Part shown: piece by piece, positions 35,030 through 44,318 of the stretch
Numbering within the stretch: the stretch's first letter is position 1
Layout of the letters: every line of letters begins with the position of its first letter
NCBI GenBank assembly: GCA_963978095.1
Contig: CAXBQP010000017.1
Coordinates: 1 to 51,334, forward strand
Origin: an uncultured bacterium
GTDB lineage: Bacteria > Gemmatimonadota > Gemmatimonadetes > Gemmatimonadales > Gemmatimonadaceae
Reading direction: 5' to 3'
DNA length: 51,334 bases
Translations under genes and position numbers: made by a program
Notes under the pieces: model-generated
Told to the model about the DNA's origin: nothing
Seen by the model: only the letters and a program-made list of their open reading frames with translations
Database searches by the model: none

Positions 35030-36306
35030 GCCGGCGGACGGTCGCCTCCCGCGTGGAGCTCGCCGGGTTGGGACTGCACTTGGGGCGGCTCTGTCGCCTC
35101 GCGTTCGTGCCGGCGGCTCCCGAGTCCGGCATTCGATTCCGCCGAGTGGATCTGGACGGGAAGCCCGAGACCCCCGCGCTCGTGGAGCACGCGATCGAGA
35201 GCGAGCGCCGCACGCAGTTGGGGGAGGGTGACCGGGCGCTTCACACGGTTGAGCACGTACTGGCGGCCGTGATGGGCGCGGGCATCGATGACCTGGTGAT
35301 CGAGATGGATGCCGCCGAGCCGCCGATTCTGGACGGCTCGGCGCGTCCGTTCCTCGAGGCGCTCCTCCGGGCCGGGGCCCGGGAGCAGCGTGGGGAAGTG
35401 CTCGATGTCCGGTTGCGCGAGGCGTTGCGGGTGGAGGTTGGTGAGAGCGTGTATCTCGTGGAGCCCGCCGATGTGCTGCAGGTGGAGGTCATGATCGATT
35501 TCCCGCATCCGCTGGTCGGGGTGCAGCGCGGGGCGTGGAAAGTCACGCCTGCCGTGTTCGCAGCAGAACTGGCGGGGGCGCGTACCTTCGGATTCTTTCA
35601 TGAGGTCGAGGCGCTGCGCGCCAAGGGGCTGATCCAGGGGGCGAGCACCGACAACGCGCTCGCGCTCGATGCGCAGGGTGTGGTCGGGAACACGCTGCGC
35701 TGGCCGGATGAGTTCGTGCGGCACAAGGCGCTCGACGTCGTGGGGGACCTCGCGTTGGCCGGACGTCGGGTGCGAGGCAAGATTTCGGCAACGAAGCCAA
35801 GTCACCGAGGCACGGTGGCACTCGTGCGTGAGATGCTGGCGCAAAGCCGCCGGGAGGGACAATTGGAAAATCGGGTGATCGAAGCGGAAGAACTCATGAA
35901 GATCCTGCCGCACCGCTATCCGTTCCTGCTCGTGGACCGGATCCTGCAGATCGAGGAGGGGAGGCGGATCGTCGGCATCAAGAACGTGACCATCAACGAG
36001 CCGTTCTTCCAAGGGCACTTCCCAGGGCATCCGATCATGCCCGGGGTGTTGATCGTGGAAGCGATGGCGCAGGTCTCCTGTCCGTTGCTCATGGGCACCG
36101 TGGAGGACCACGCGAACAAGGTCGTGTATTTCATGTCATTGGACAATGTGAAGTTCCGGAAGCCCGTGAAGCCCGGGGACACGCTGCGGTTCGAACTCGA
36201 GATGACGCAGGTGCGCGGTCGCATCTGCCGCATGTCGGGTGTGGCCAAGGTGGACGGCGAGGTGGTCTGCGAGGCAGAGATGGCCGCCATCGTGCGCGAC
36301 CGATGA
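35026..36306 (+). CDS. lpxC/fabZ: Bifunctional LpxC-FabZ fusion
   Basis: LpxC: GLGLHLG, TVEHVLAA, ARTFGF, DEFVRHKALD. FabZ: LPHRYPFLLVD, FQGHFP..PIMPGVLIVEAMAQ. Confidence 0.95.
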   Translation: MSRRTVASRVELAGLGLHLGRLCRLAFVPAAPESGIRFRRVDLDGKPETPALVEHAIESERRTQLGEGDRALHTVEHVLAAVMGAGIDDLVIEMDAAEPPILDGSARPFLEALLRAGAREQRGEVLDVRLREALRVEVGESVYLVEPADVLQVEVMIDFPHPLVGVQRGAWKVTPAVFAAELAGARTFGFFHEVEALRAKGLIQGASTDNALALDAQGVVGNTLRWPDEFVRHKALDVVGDLALAGRRVRGKISATKPSHRGTVALVREMLAQSRREGQLENRVIEAEELMKILPHRYPFLLVDRILQIEEGRRIVGIKNVTINEPFFQGHFPGHPIMPGVLIVEAMAQVSCPLLMGTVEDHANKVVYFMSLDNVKFRKPVKPGDTLRFELEMTQVRGRICRMSGVAKVDGEVVCEAEMAAIVRDR

Positions 36307-37079
36307 GCCGCCGCATCCACGCGACGGCGATCATCGACCCGTCGGCGCAACTCGCCGCGGACGTCGAGGTCGGCCCGTGGGCCATCATCGGCCCGAACTG
36401 CACGGTCGGTGCCGGCAGCGTGATCCAGGCGAGAGCGACGCTCGAGGAGAGCGTGATTCTCGGTGAGCAGGTCACCGTCGGGATCGGATCGATCCTCGGT
36501 GGCAAGCCGCAGGATCTCAAGTTCGCCGGGGAGCGGACCACGGTCGAGATCGGCGATTTCACGACGATTCGCGAGTACGCCACGATCAATCGTGGGACGG
36601 CGCAATCGATGCGCACGACCGTCGGGAAGCATTGCTTCCTGATGTCGTACACGCACCTGGCGCACGACTGCCATGTGGGGGACCACGTGATCATCAGCAA
36701 CGGCTCGCAGTTGGCCGGGCATGTGACGGTGGAGGATTGGGTCATCATCTCCGGGCTGTGCGCGGTGCATCAGTTCGCCAAGATCGGACGGCACGCCTTC
36801 ATCGGGGGGGCGTCGCGCATCTCGAAGGACATCCCGCCGTTCGTACGCGCGGTCGGGAACCCGATCAAGCTGTACGGACTCAACAGCGTCGGCTTGCAAC
36901 GCCGAGGCTTCAAGGAAGACGTGATCGCCGAGATCAAGAAGGCGTATCGTCTTTTCTTCAACTCTGACAAGAACGTGAGCCAGGCGATGGATCAGGCGCG
37001 TGCGGAACTCCAGCCGTATGTGGAGATCGAGCAGATGATCGCGTTCGTCGAGGCCAGCGGGCGCGGGGTGACGACATGA
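36303..37079 (+). CDS. lpxA: Acyl-ACP--UDP-GlcNAc O-acyltransferase
   Basis: PQDLKF, IREYATINRGT, HLAHDC, VHQF, GLNSVGLQRRGF. Confidence 0.96.
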   Translation: MSRRIHATAIIDPSAQLAADVEVGPWAIIGPNCTVGAGSVIQARATLEESVILGEQVTVGIGSILGGKPQDLKFAGERTTVEIGDFTTIREYATINRGTAQSMRTTVGKHCFLMSYTHLAHDCHVGDHVIISNGSQLAGHVTVEDWVIISGLCAVHQFAKIGRHAFIGGASRISKDIPPFVRAVGNPIKLYGLNSVGLQRRGFKEDVIAEIKKAYRLFFNSDKNVSQAMDQARAELQPYVEIEQMIAFVEASGRGVTT

Positions 37080-38080
37080 GCAGCGGGCCATTGCGGGTCG
37101 GGGTGATCGGGACCGGGAGTCTGGGCTATCATCACGCGCGACTCTTGCGTGACGTCCGGGGCGCGAGCTTTCGGGGATTCTTCGAATCCAACGCCGATCG
37201 CGCGGGGACGGTCTCGCGTGAACTGGGCATTCGTGCGTTTCCGGCGCTGGATGCGCTACTGGCGGACGTGGATGTCGTTTCGATTGCGGTGCCGACGAGC
37301 TACCATCATCAAGTCGCGAAGGCGGCCTTGGAGGCCGGGAAGCACGTCCTGATCGAGAAGCCGATCACGACGACGATCGAGGAGGCGGACGAGCTGCTCG
37401 CCATCGCGCAACGCACGGGCGCCCTGGTGCAGATCGGGCACATCGAGCGGTTCAACCGGGCGATCCGCGCTGCGCTTCCGCACGTGAAGGAGCCGCTCTT
37501 CATCGACAGCGACCGGTTGGCGCCGTTCAATCCGAGAGGGTCCGATGTGGCCGTCGTTCTGGACTTGATGATCCACGACATCGACCTGCTGCTGACGCTG
37601 ACCGGCGCCAAGGTCAAGGACGTGTCGGCGGTCGGGATCCCGGTGCTCACTCCCTCGGTGGACATCGCCAATGCGCGCATCACCTTCGCGACGGGGGCGG
37701 TGGCAACGATCACGGCGAGTCGCGTCTCAAAGGATCGCATGCGCAAGCTGCGGATCTTCCAGAGGAACGGATACCTCTCCCTCGACCTCGCGGCGGGGAC
37801 CGGGGAGATGTACCGGCTCCGCGACGATGTTGATCTGCCCGCGCTGGTGAAGACGGCGCAGCCGATCGAGGCTTTCGTGGAGCGGGTGCCGATCGATGCC
37901 CCAGAGGGCGAACCCCTCCGCCTCGAACTCGAGAGCTTCGTGGCTGCGTGCCGTGGGGAGATCCCGGTGGCGGTCTCCGGGCAAGACGGACGCGATGCGC
38001 TCGCGGTGGCGTTGCGGATCGTGGACGATATCCGGCGTACGCACCCCGCAGCGGCCGTTGCTGGGGCCTCGGGTGCGTGA
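37076..38080 (+). CDS. Gfo/Idh/MocA oxidoreductase, probable UDP-GlcNAc 3-dehydrogenase GnnA
   Basis: GTGSLG, EKP, GHIERFN, VVLDLMIHDID, ASRVS; located between lpxA and lpxB. Confidence 0.75.
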   Translation: MSSGPLRVGVIGTGSLGYHHARLLRDVRGASFRGFFESNADRAGTVSRELGIRAFPALDALLADVDVVSIAVPTSYHHQVAKAALEAGKHVLIEKPITTTIEEADELLAIAQRTGALVQIGHIERFNRAIRAALPHVKEPLFIDSDRLAPFNPRGSDVAVVLDLMIHDIDLLLTLTGAKVKDVSAVGIPVLTPSVDIANARITFATGAVATITASRVSKDRMRKLRIFQRNGYLSLDLAAGTGEMYRLRDDVDLPALVKTAQPIEAFVERVPIDAPEGEPLRLELESFVAACRGEIPVAVSGQDGRDALAVALRIVDDIRRTHPAAAVAGASGA

Positions 38081-39179
38081 GATCCTGATTCTGGCGGGTG
38101 AGGCATCGGGCGACTTGCACGGTGCCAAGCTCGCGGAACGGCTGCGTCTCGTGCGGCCCGATCTCGCGCTGGTCGGCACCGGGGGCGAGCGCATGGCACG
38201 GGCGGGGGTCACACTGCTCGCGCAGGCCGAAGGGGTGGTCGGGTTCGTGGAGGTCATCCGGCACTTGCCGCGGCACTGGCGCCTGCTGAACGCGTTGCGT
38301 ACCCGGTTCGCGAAGGGGAATGTGGCGTTGGTCATTCTCATCGACTATCCCGGGTTCAACATGCGGGTGGCGGCCGCTGCCAAGGCGGCGGGGATTCCGG
38401 TGCTGTATTACATCACGCCGCAAGTGTGGGCGTGGAAGGCCGGGCGTTTGAAGACGATGGCGGAGGTGATCACCCGTGCGGCGGTGATCCTGCCGTTCGA
38501 GGAGGCGTTGCTGCGCGCGCATCGCATCGATGCGACGTTCGTGGGGCACCCGCTGCTCGATCGGGCGCAGACGATGCCGGATCGCGCGGAGGCGCGGCGC
38601 CGGATCGGTCTACCGGTGGACGGCGAGGTACTGGCCCTCTTCCCTGGGAGTCGGCCCGAGGAGATCCGACGTCACCTCTCCGACTTTGTCGCCGTGGCGC
38701 GGCAACTCGAGGAGCGGCGGCCGGGACTTCGGGTGGTCGTGAGTGTCGCTCCGACCATCGATCTCGGCGCTGCCGCGTTGCCCTTCCCGATGGTGCGATC
38801 GGCGTCCTTCGATGTCCTGCGCGCCGCCGACGTCGCCCTGTGCAAGAGTGGGACGACGACCCTCGAGGCCGCGGTGGCGGGGTGTCCGTGCGCGATCGTG
38901 TACCGCACGAGCCCGATCAGCTACATGATCGCCAAACGTCTGGTCAAGATCGCACACATCGGATTGCTGAACATCGTGGCGGGGCGTCGCGTCGCGCCGG
39001 AGTTCGTGCAGGACGATTTCGAGCCAGTCCGCGTGGCGGACGCCCTGATGCCCCTGTTCGATATCACGTCCGCCGAGCGACTGGCGATGCTCGCCGGATT
39101 GGCCGAAGTGCGGGGACGGCTCGGCACGCCGGGGGCGTCGGATCGCGTGGCCGAGATGGCCTCGGAGATGGTGGCGTGA
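38073..39179 (+). CDS. lpxB: Lipid-A-disaccharide synthase
   Basis: AGEASGDLHG, IDYPGFN, PQVWAW, ILPFE, FVGHPL, PGSR, SGTTTLE. Confidence 0.96.
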   Translation: MREILILAGEASGDLHGAKLAERLRLVRPDLALVGTGGERMARAGVTLLAQAEGVVGFVEVIRHLPRHWRLLNALRTRFAKGNVALVILIDYPGFNMRVAAAAKAAGIPVLYYITPQVWAWKAGRLKTMAEVITRAAVILPFEEALLRAHRIDATFVGHPLLDRAQTMPDRAEARRRIGLPVDGEVLALFPGSRPEEIRRHLSDFVAVARQLEERRPGLRVVVSVAPTIDLGAAALPFPMVRSASFDVLRAADVALCKSGTTTLEAAVAGCPCAIVYRTSPISYMIAKRLVKIAHIGLLNIVAGRRVAPEFVQDDFEPVRVADALMPLFDITSAERLAMLAGLAEVRGRLGTPGASDRVAEMASEMVA

Positions 39180-39901
39180 CGGCATCGGGCGATCAGGAAG
39201 GCATCACGCCGAAGGTCGATTGGCGCGTTCGCCTCGGCGTTCCGCTCGGGATCCTGATCCTCAAAGTGCTCGGTGCGACCTGGCGGTGGCGGGTCCAGAA
39301 TGAGGATGTGGTCCAGCGTTCGACGGCCGGCGGCAAGGGATTGATCCTCGGCCTCTGGCATGGACAGCTACTCCCGTTGGCGTGGTATATGCGTGGGCGC
39401 GGGATTGTGGTGTTGGTGAGTGCGTCGCGCGATGGGGAGGTGATCACCCGGGTGATTGAGTCCGTGGGGTATCGGACCGTCCGGGGGTCCTCCACCCGCG
39501 GTGGGCGCGAGGCCCTGGTCGCGTTGCTGCGCGAGCTCCGGGCCGGTTCGACGATCGCGATCACGCCGGACGGTCCGCGGGGGCCCGTGCGCAAGTATCA
39601 GGCCGGGGCGCTGGTGGCTGCGCAGCGTACGGGAGTGCCGATCGTCCCCTATGCGTTGCATGTGGACCGGGCGTGGCGGCTCAGGGGATGGGATCGCTTC
39701 ACGATTCCCAAGCCGTTCGCGCGTATTCAACTGGTCTTTGGCGATCCCAAGTATGTTGCCGGTGATTCGTCGGCGAGCGCAATCGAACAGGCGGGGGACT
39801 TTGAACGGGCTCTGGATGCCGCGGTCGAAGCCGCGGAGGGGCTGGCGGCTGCGCGTGGCGAAGTAGAAGGACGCGTTCCGTCAGATTCGACTCGTGCATA
39901 G
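39176..39901 (+). CDS. DUF374 lysophospholipid acyltransferase family protein (LpxJ-like)
   Basis: WHGQL, LVSASRDGE, RGSSTRGG, TPDGPRGP, WDRFTIPKPF; GTGA overlap with lpxB. Confidence 0.85.
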   Translation: MTASGDQEGITPKVDWRVRLGVPLGILILKVLGATWRWRVQNEDVVQRSTAGGKGLILGLWHGQLLPLAWYMRGRGIVVLVSASRDGEVITRVIESVGYRTVRGSSTRGGREALVALLRELRAGSTIAITPDGPRGPVRKYQAGALVAAQRTGVPIVPYALHVDRAWRLRGWDRFTIPKPFARIQLVFGDPKYVAGDSSASAIEQAGDFERALDAAVEAAEGLAAARGEVEGRVPSDSTRA

Positions 39902-40919
39902 ATCGCACGCGGACACCATCTGGGAGTCGTCCGGATGGTACGGTCGTGCGATGCGCTCGTTGCTGACTCCGTTGGGCTGGTTGTACGGCGGCGCGACCGC
40001 GCTGAGAAACCGCGCTTTTGACGCGGGGGTGTTGTCCACGCACGCGTTGGCCCTTCCGAGCATCAGCGTGGGCAACCTGACGGTGGGCGGGACGGGCAAG
40101 ACCCCGGTGGCCGCGTGGCTCGTCGAGCGACTGCAGGCGGCCGGTGCGCGTCCGGCCGTGGTCTTGCGGGGCTACGGTGCGGATGAGGTGCTCGTCCATC
40201 GGCAGCTGAATCCCACCATTCCGGTTTTTGCCAACGCGGATCGGGTGACCGGAGTGCGGCAGGCACGCGAGGCGGGGGCGACGGTCGTGGTGCTCGATGA
40301 TGCGTTCCAGCATCGCCGCGCGCGACGCGACGTCGATCTGGTGTTGCTCTCGGCCGACCGAAGCGGGCCTGTGCGGTCCCTGCCGGCCGGGCCGTGGCGC
40401 GAGCCGTTGGCGAGTCTGGCACGGGCGCATGTTGTGGCCGTGACGCGGAAACAGGCCTCGTTGTTACGGGCCAAGGAGTTGTTGGCGAGCGCGATGCGGT
40501 TTGCCCCAGGCGCGCACGGGGTTGTGATCCACCTGCTGATGGATGCGGTCGTTCCGGTGTCCGGCGGATCGCCGAGCCCTCTTGCCAGTCTGCGCGGGGT
40601 TCCGGTGCTGGCCGTGTCCGGGATCGGGGATCCCCGAGCGTTCCAGTCGCAGTTACGTACGGCGGGGGCGTTGGTGACCGCGGGCGCGTATGCGGATCAC
40701 CATCCGTTTTCCCGGCGCGATGTCGCATCGATCGTGCGCACGGCGGGAGAGCACCTGCGGCCCGTGTGCACGCTGAAGGATGCGGTGAAGCTTGCGCCGT
40801 TGTGGCCTGCCCAAGCGCCTCCCTTGTGGTATCTTTCCCAGCGTGCGGATGTCGAGGTCGGCGGCGGTGCGATGCAGGCCGTCGTCGAGCAGTTGGCAGC
40901 CCGCGCGCGGTCAATCTGA
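39894..40919 (+). CDS. lpxK: Tetraacyldisaccharide 4'-kinase
   Basis: SVGNLTVGGTGKTP, RGYG, LDDAFQH, LPAGPWREP, GIGDP, DHH. Confidence 0.93.
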   Translation: MHRSHADTIWESSGWYGRAMRSLLTPLGWLYGGATALRNRAFDAGVLSTHALALPSISVGNLTVGGTGKTPVAAWLVERLQAAGARPAVVLRGYGADEVLVHRQLNPTIPVFANADRVTGVRQAREAGATVVVLDDAFQHRRARRDVDLVLLSADRSGPVRSLPAGPWREPLASLARAHVVAVTRKQASLLRAKELLASAMRFAPGAHGVVIHLLMDAVVPVSGGSPSPLASLRGVPVLAVSGIGDPRAFQSQLRTAGALVTAGAYADHHPFSRRDVASIVRTAGEHLRPVCTLKDAVKLAPLWPAQAPPLWYLSQRADVEVGGGAMQAVVEQLAARARSI

Positions 40920-40964
40920 AGGCCCACGCCGGCTCGACTGCCGGCCCAACGTACGACTCATCCC

Positions 40965-42272
40965 ATGGCATCCGTACCGTCGCTGCCGACTCATAGTATC
41001 GTTCATCCTGACAAGGACCGTTTCCTGCAGGAGGAGAATCCTTTCGAAGCGATGATGTCGCGCTTCGACCGTGCCGCTGAGCTGTTGGACCTCGAGCCCG
41101 GCATCTACAAGGTTTTGCGCCACCCCGAGAAACAGATCACCACTTATATCCCCGTCATGATGGACAACGGGGAAGTGGAGGTGTTCACCGGGATTCGCGT
41201 GCTCTACAACACCTCCCGCGGTCCTGCGAAGGGCGGCATCCGATTCGACAAGAACGTCAACCTTGATGAAGTCACGGCGCTGGCCGCGTGGATGACGTGG
41301 AAGTGCGCGGTCGTCAACATCCCGTTCGGCGGCGCGAAAGGCGGAGTGATTTGCGATCCCCTGAACATGAGCGTCGGGGAGCTGGAGCGACTCACGCGCC
41401 GGTACACCGCGTCGATCATCCAGACGCTTGGTCCCGATTCCGACGTGCCCGCGCCGGACGTGAACACCAACGAGCGCATGATGGCATGGATCATGGACAC
41501 GTATTCCATGCGTATGGGCCACACGGTCACCGCCGTCGTCACGGGGAAGCCCGTCGAGATGGGGGGGTCGCTCGGCCGTCGTGAGGCGACGGGACGTGGC
41601 GTGATGCTGTGCGCCAAGGAGGCGCTCGCGCACCTCGGCATGCCGGTGAAGGGCGCCACGGTGGCCGTGCAGGGGTTCGGCAACGTCGGTTCGGTGAGCG
41701 CGGATCTGCTCGCCAAGGAAGGCTGCAAGGTCGTGGCGATTTCTGATCGGACTGGCGCCTGGTACAACCCCAAGGGCATCGACATTGCCGACGCCATGGC
41801 CTATGTGGCCAAGCACAAGGTGCTCGAGGGCTACACCAAGGCGACGGAAATCTCCAATGAGGAGCTGATCGCGCTGGACGTGGATGTGCTCGTCCCGGCC
41901 GCTCTGGAGAACGTCATCACCACGAAGAACGCCAGCACGGTGCGCGCGAAGATCATCTGCGAGGGGGCGAACGGACCGACGACCGCCGCGGCCGATGCGA
42001 TCCTCGACGAGAAGGGCGTGTTCGTCGTGCCGGACATTCTTGCCAACGCCGGCGGCGTGACGGTCTCGTACTTCGAGTGGGTGCAGGATCGCGGCGGCTA
42101 CTTTTGGACGGAGCAGGTCGTCAACGACCGTCTCAAGGAAATCATGGTCAACAGTTTCCAGGCGGTGTTGCAACTGTCCAAGCAGCACAAGGTCAACATG
42201 CGGACGGCAGCGTATATGTTGTCGATCAGCCGCGTGGCGACGGTCCATCGCCTGCGCGGGATTTACGCCTGA
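40965..42272 (+). CDS. gdhA: Glu/Leu/Phe/Val dehydrogenase (glutamate dehydrogenase)
   Basis: [47 protein letters not shown]. Confidence 0.93.
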   Translation: MASVPSLPTHSIVHPDKDRFLQEENPFEAMMSRFDRAAELLDLEPGIYKVLRHPEKQITTYIPVMMDNGEVEVFTGIRVLYNTSRGPAKGGIRFDKNVNLDEVTALAAWMTWKCAVVNIPFGGAKGGVICDPLNMSVGELERLTRRYTASIIQTLGPDSDVPAPDVNTNERMMAWIMDTYSMRMGHTVTAVVTGKPVEMGGSLGRREATGRGVMLCAKEALAHLGMPVKGATVAVQGFGNVGSVSADLLAKEGCKVVAISDRTGAWYNPKGIDIADAMAYVAKHKVLEGYTKATEISNEELIALDVDVLVPAALENVITTKNASTVRAKIICEGANGPTTAAADAILDEKGVFVVPDILANAGGVTVSYFEWVQDRGGYFWTEQVVNDRLKEIMVNSFQAVLQLSKQHKVNMRTAAYMLSISRVATVHRLRGIYA

Positions 42273-42733
42273 GGGTCCTGCTGATTGCCGTCGGCCGGCC
42301 TCGCGCGCCGGGGTTGGCCGCTGCGATCAGCGAGTACGAGCAGCGGGCGGCGCACTATTGGCCCTTCGCGGCGATCGAGGTCCGAGAGGAACCGGCCAGG
42401 GCCGGCGCCCCGGACCTTGTTCGTGAGCGGGAGGGGGAGCGATTGTTGAAGGCTGTCCCCGCCGGTGCCCACCTTGTCGCGTGCGATCCTGGCGGGAGAA
42501 GCTGGGACTCGTTGGGATTCGCGGGTTGGTTGCAGGGCGAACGTGAGCGAGCGAGTGACGTGGCGTTCGTGGTGGGAGGGGCGTTGGGGCTGTCGGCGGC
42601 AGTGCTGACGGCTGCGCGCACGAGGCTTGCATTGGCGCCGTGGACCCTTCCGCACGAAATGGCGCGTCTGGTGCTTGCCGAGCAGATATACCGGGCCGGG
42701 ACCATCGGGCGCGGGGAACCGTACAACAAGTGA
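42269..42733 (+). CDS. rlmH: 23S rRNA m3Psi1915 methyltransferase; probable CTG start
   Basis: (L/M)[40 protein letters not shown]; the CTG overlaps the gdh TGA. Confidence 0.92.
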   Translation: MRVLLIAVGRPRAPGLAAAISEYEQRAAHYWPFAAIEVREEPARAGAPDLVREREGERLLKAVPAGAHLVACDPGGRSWDSLGFAGWLQGERERASDVAFVVGGALGLSAAVLTAARTRLALAPWTLPHEMARLVLAEQIYRAGTIGRGEPYNK

Positions 42734-42770
42734 GACCGATGCTGGGTTGTTGTCCGCGAGGGGAGATCGC

Positions 42771-44318
42771 GTGAGCGCGCCGCGCGTAGTGTCTGAGCCG
42801 GTAGGTGGCGGGGCACTGACCCGCGCCGCGCTCGAAGGGAGCGCACCACGCGGGTGGTTTGCCCCGCGCCCTCGCGGTGTCGAGGAGTGGCGTGGTCACG
42901 CCGAGGTGGTGCGTCGCGGGTTCGACGGTGTGCGCTGGTTGGAAGCGTTGCGCCCCGCATTGCAACTTTCCGGCGCGGCACAAGAGCGCATGGGGCGCGT
43001 GGTGGCAGGGAACGGCATCGTCGTTACCACCGGTCAGCAGCCTGGATTGTTCGGCGGTCCCGGGTACACGTGGCTGAAGGCGATCTCCGCCTTGGGACTC
43101 GCGGATCGGCTCGAGCGTGAACTCGGGGTGCCGGTCGCTCCCGTCTTCTGGGCCGCGACGGATGATGCCGACTTCGAGGAGGCATCATTCACGGATGTTT
43201 CACTCGACGGCGCCGTGCGCCGTGTGTCCCTCGAGAAGCGTGTCGCCGACGGCACCGTCATGGCACAGACGCCGCTCGGCGATGTGGGCGAGCAGATGCG
43301 GGTGCTCATGGAGGCCGCCGGCTCGGCCGCCCACGGCGAGGTCCTTGCCGCGCTCCAGCGGGCGTATCGTGCTGAGGCGACGGTGGGGAGTGCGTATGTC
43401 GATTTCCTGCGCGACATGTTGCAACCGATGGGAATCGCCGTGCTGGATTCGTGGCATCCGGCGGTACGTGCAGCGGCGCGCCCGACCCTCGTGCACGCGC
43501 TCGCACGCGCCGCGGTGATCGATGAAGCGGTCGCGCTCCGCACCGTCTCGATCGAACGCGCGGGGTATCGCGCGCAGGTCGCCCGCGTGGCGAAGTTGTC
43601 GTTGGTCTTCCGCAGTGTGGAGGGTCGGAAGGAGCGGGTGCCGCTGGCGCAGGCCATCGAGGCGTCGCAACGGGACGACTTGGTGCTGTCGTCGAATGTG
43701 CTCTTGCGCCCGGTCGTGGAACGGCAGATCATGCCGACGGTCGCATACGTCGGCGGTCCCGGCGAAATCGCGTACTTTGCACAGGTCAGCGCCGCCGCGG
43801 AGGCGATGGGGGTGGCGGTTCCGTTGGTGGTCCCGCGTTGGTCCGCGACCGTCATCGAGCCGTCGGTTGACCGCATGCTCGGGCGGCTCGGGATGGTGTT
43901 CGAGGATATCCGCGCGCCTCATGTCTCCGAGCGACGGATCGGCGAACGTGCCATGCCGGCCGGAGTACGCGACGCACTCGGCTCGATGCGCACCTTGATC
44001 GACCAGCAGCTGTCGGCGCTCGATGACGCGCAGCAGGGGCGTCCCTTGGTGGACGCGGCGGTGATCGCCGGTGCCAAGAAGCAGTTCCATCACCAGGTGG
44101 AGCGTTTGGAACGGCGGGTGCGTGCGGCGGCCACACGTGGTGAAACATTGGCGATGGCGGACCTCGCCGCCATCCGTGCGGCGGTGTTGCCTCGAGGGGA
44201 ACGGCAGGAGCGCTCGCTCAACTATGCGCCGATGTTCGCTCGGCACGGCGACACGCTGTGGGCGCAGCTCCGTGCCGGGGCCGCGATGCACGCCGGATCG
44301 TTGATCGGCACGCCGTGA
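42771..44318 (+). CDS. bshC: Bacillithiol biosynthesis cysteine-adding enzyme BshC family
   Basis: TTGQQPGLFGGP.YT..KA, PVFW, D.DFEE, SNVLLRPV, YVGGPGEIAYF, QER; GGGGAG SD. Confidence 0.88.
   Translation: MSAPRVVSEPVGGGALTRAALEGSAPRGWFAPRPRGVEEWRGHAEVVRRGFDGVRWLEALRPALQLSGAAQERMGRVVAGNGIVVTTGQQPGLFGGPGYTWLKAISALGLADRLERELGVPVAPVFWAATDDADFEEASFTDVSLDGAVRRVSLEKRVADGTVMAQTPLGDVGEQMRVLMEAAGSAAHGEVLAALQRAYRAEATVGSAYVDFLRDMLQPMGIAVLDSWHPAVRAAARPTLVHALARAAVIDEAVALRTVSIERAGYRAQVARVAKLSLVFRSVEGRKERVPLAQAIEASQRDDLVLSSNVLLRPVVERQIMPTVAYVGGPGEIAYFAQVSAAAEAMGVAVPLVVPRWSATVIEPSVDRMLGRLGMVFEDIRAPHVSERRIGERAMPAGVRDALGSMRTLIDQQLSALDDAQQGRPLVDAAVIAGAKKQFHHQVERLERRVRAAATRGETLAMADLAAIRAAVLPRGERQERSLNYAPMFARHGDTLWAQLRAGAAMHAGSLIGTP

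Noticed and set aside
40911..42248. 445-aa antisense ORF over gdh
   Set aside because: Shadow ORF on the non-coding strand; the plus strand carries all GDH motifs.
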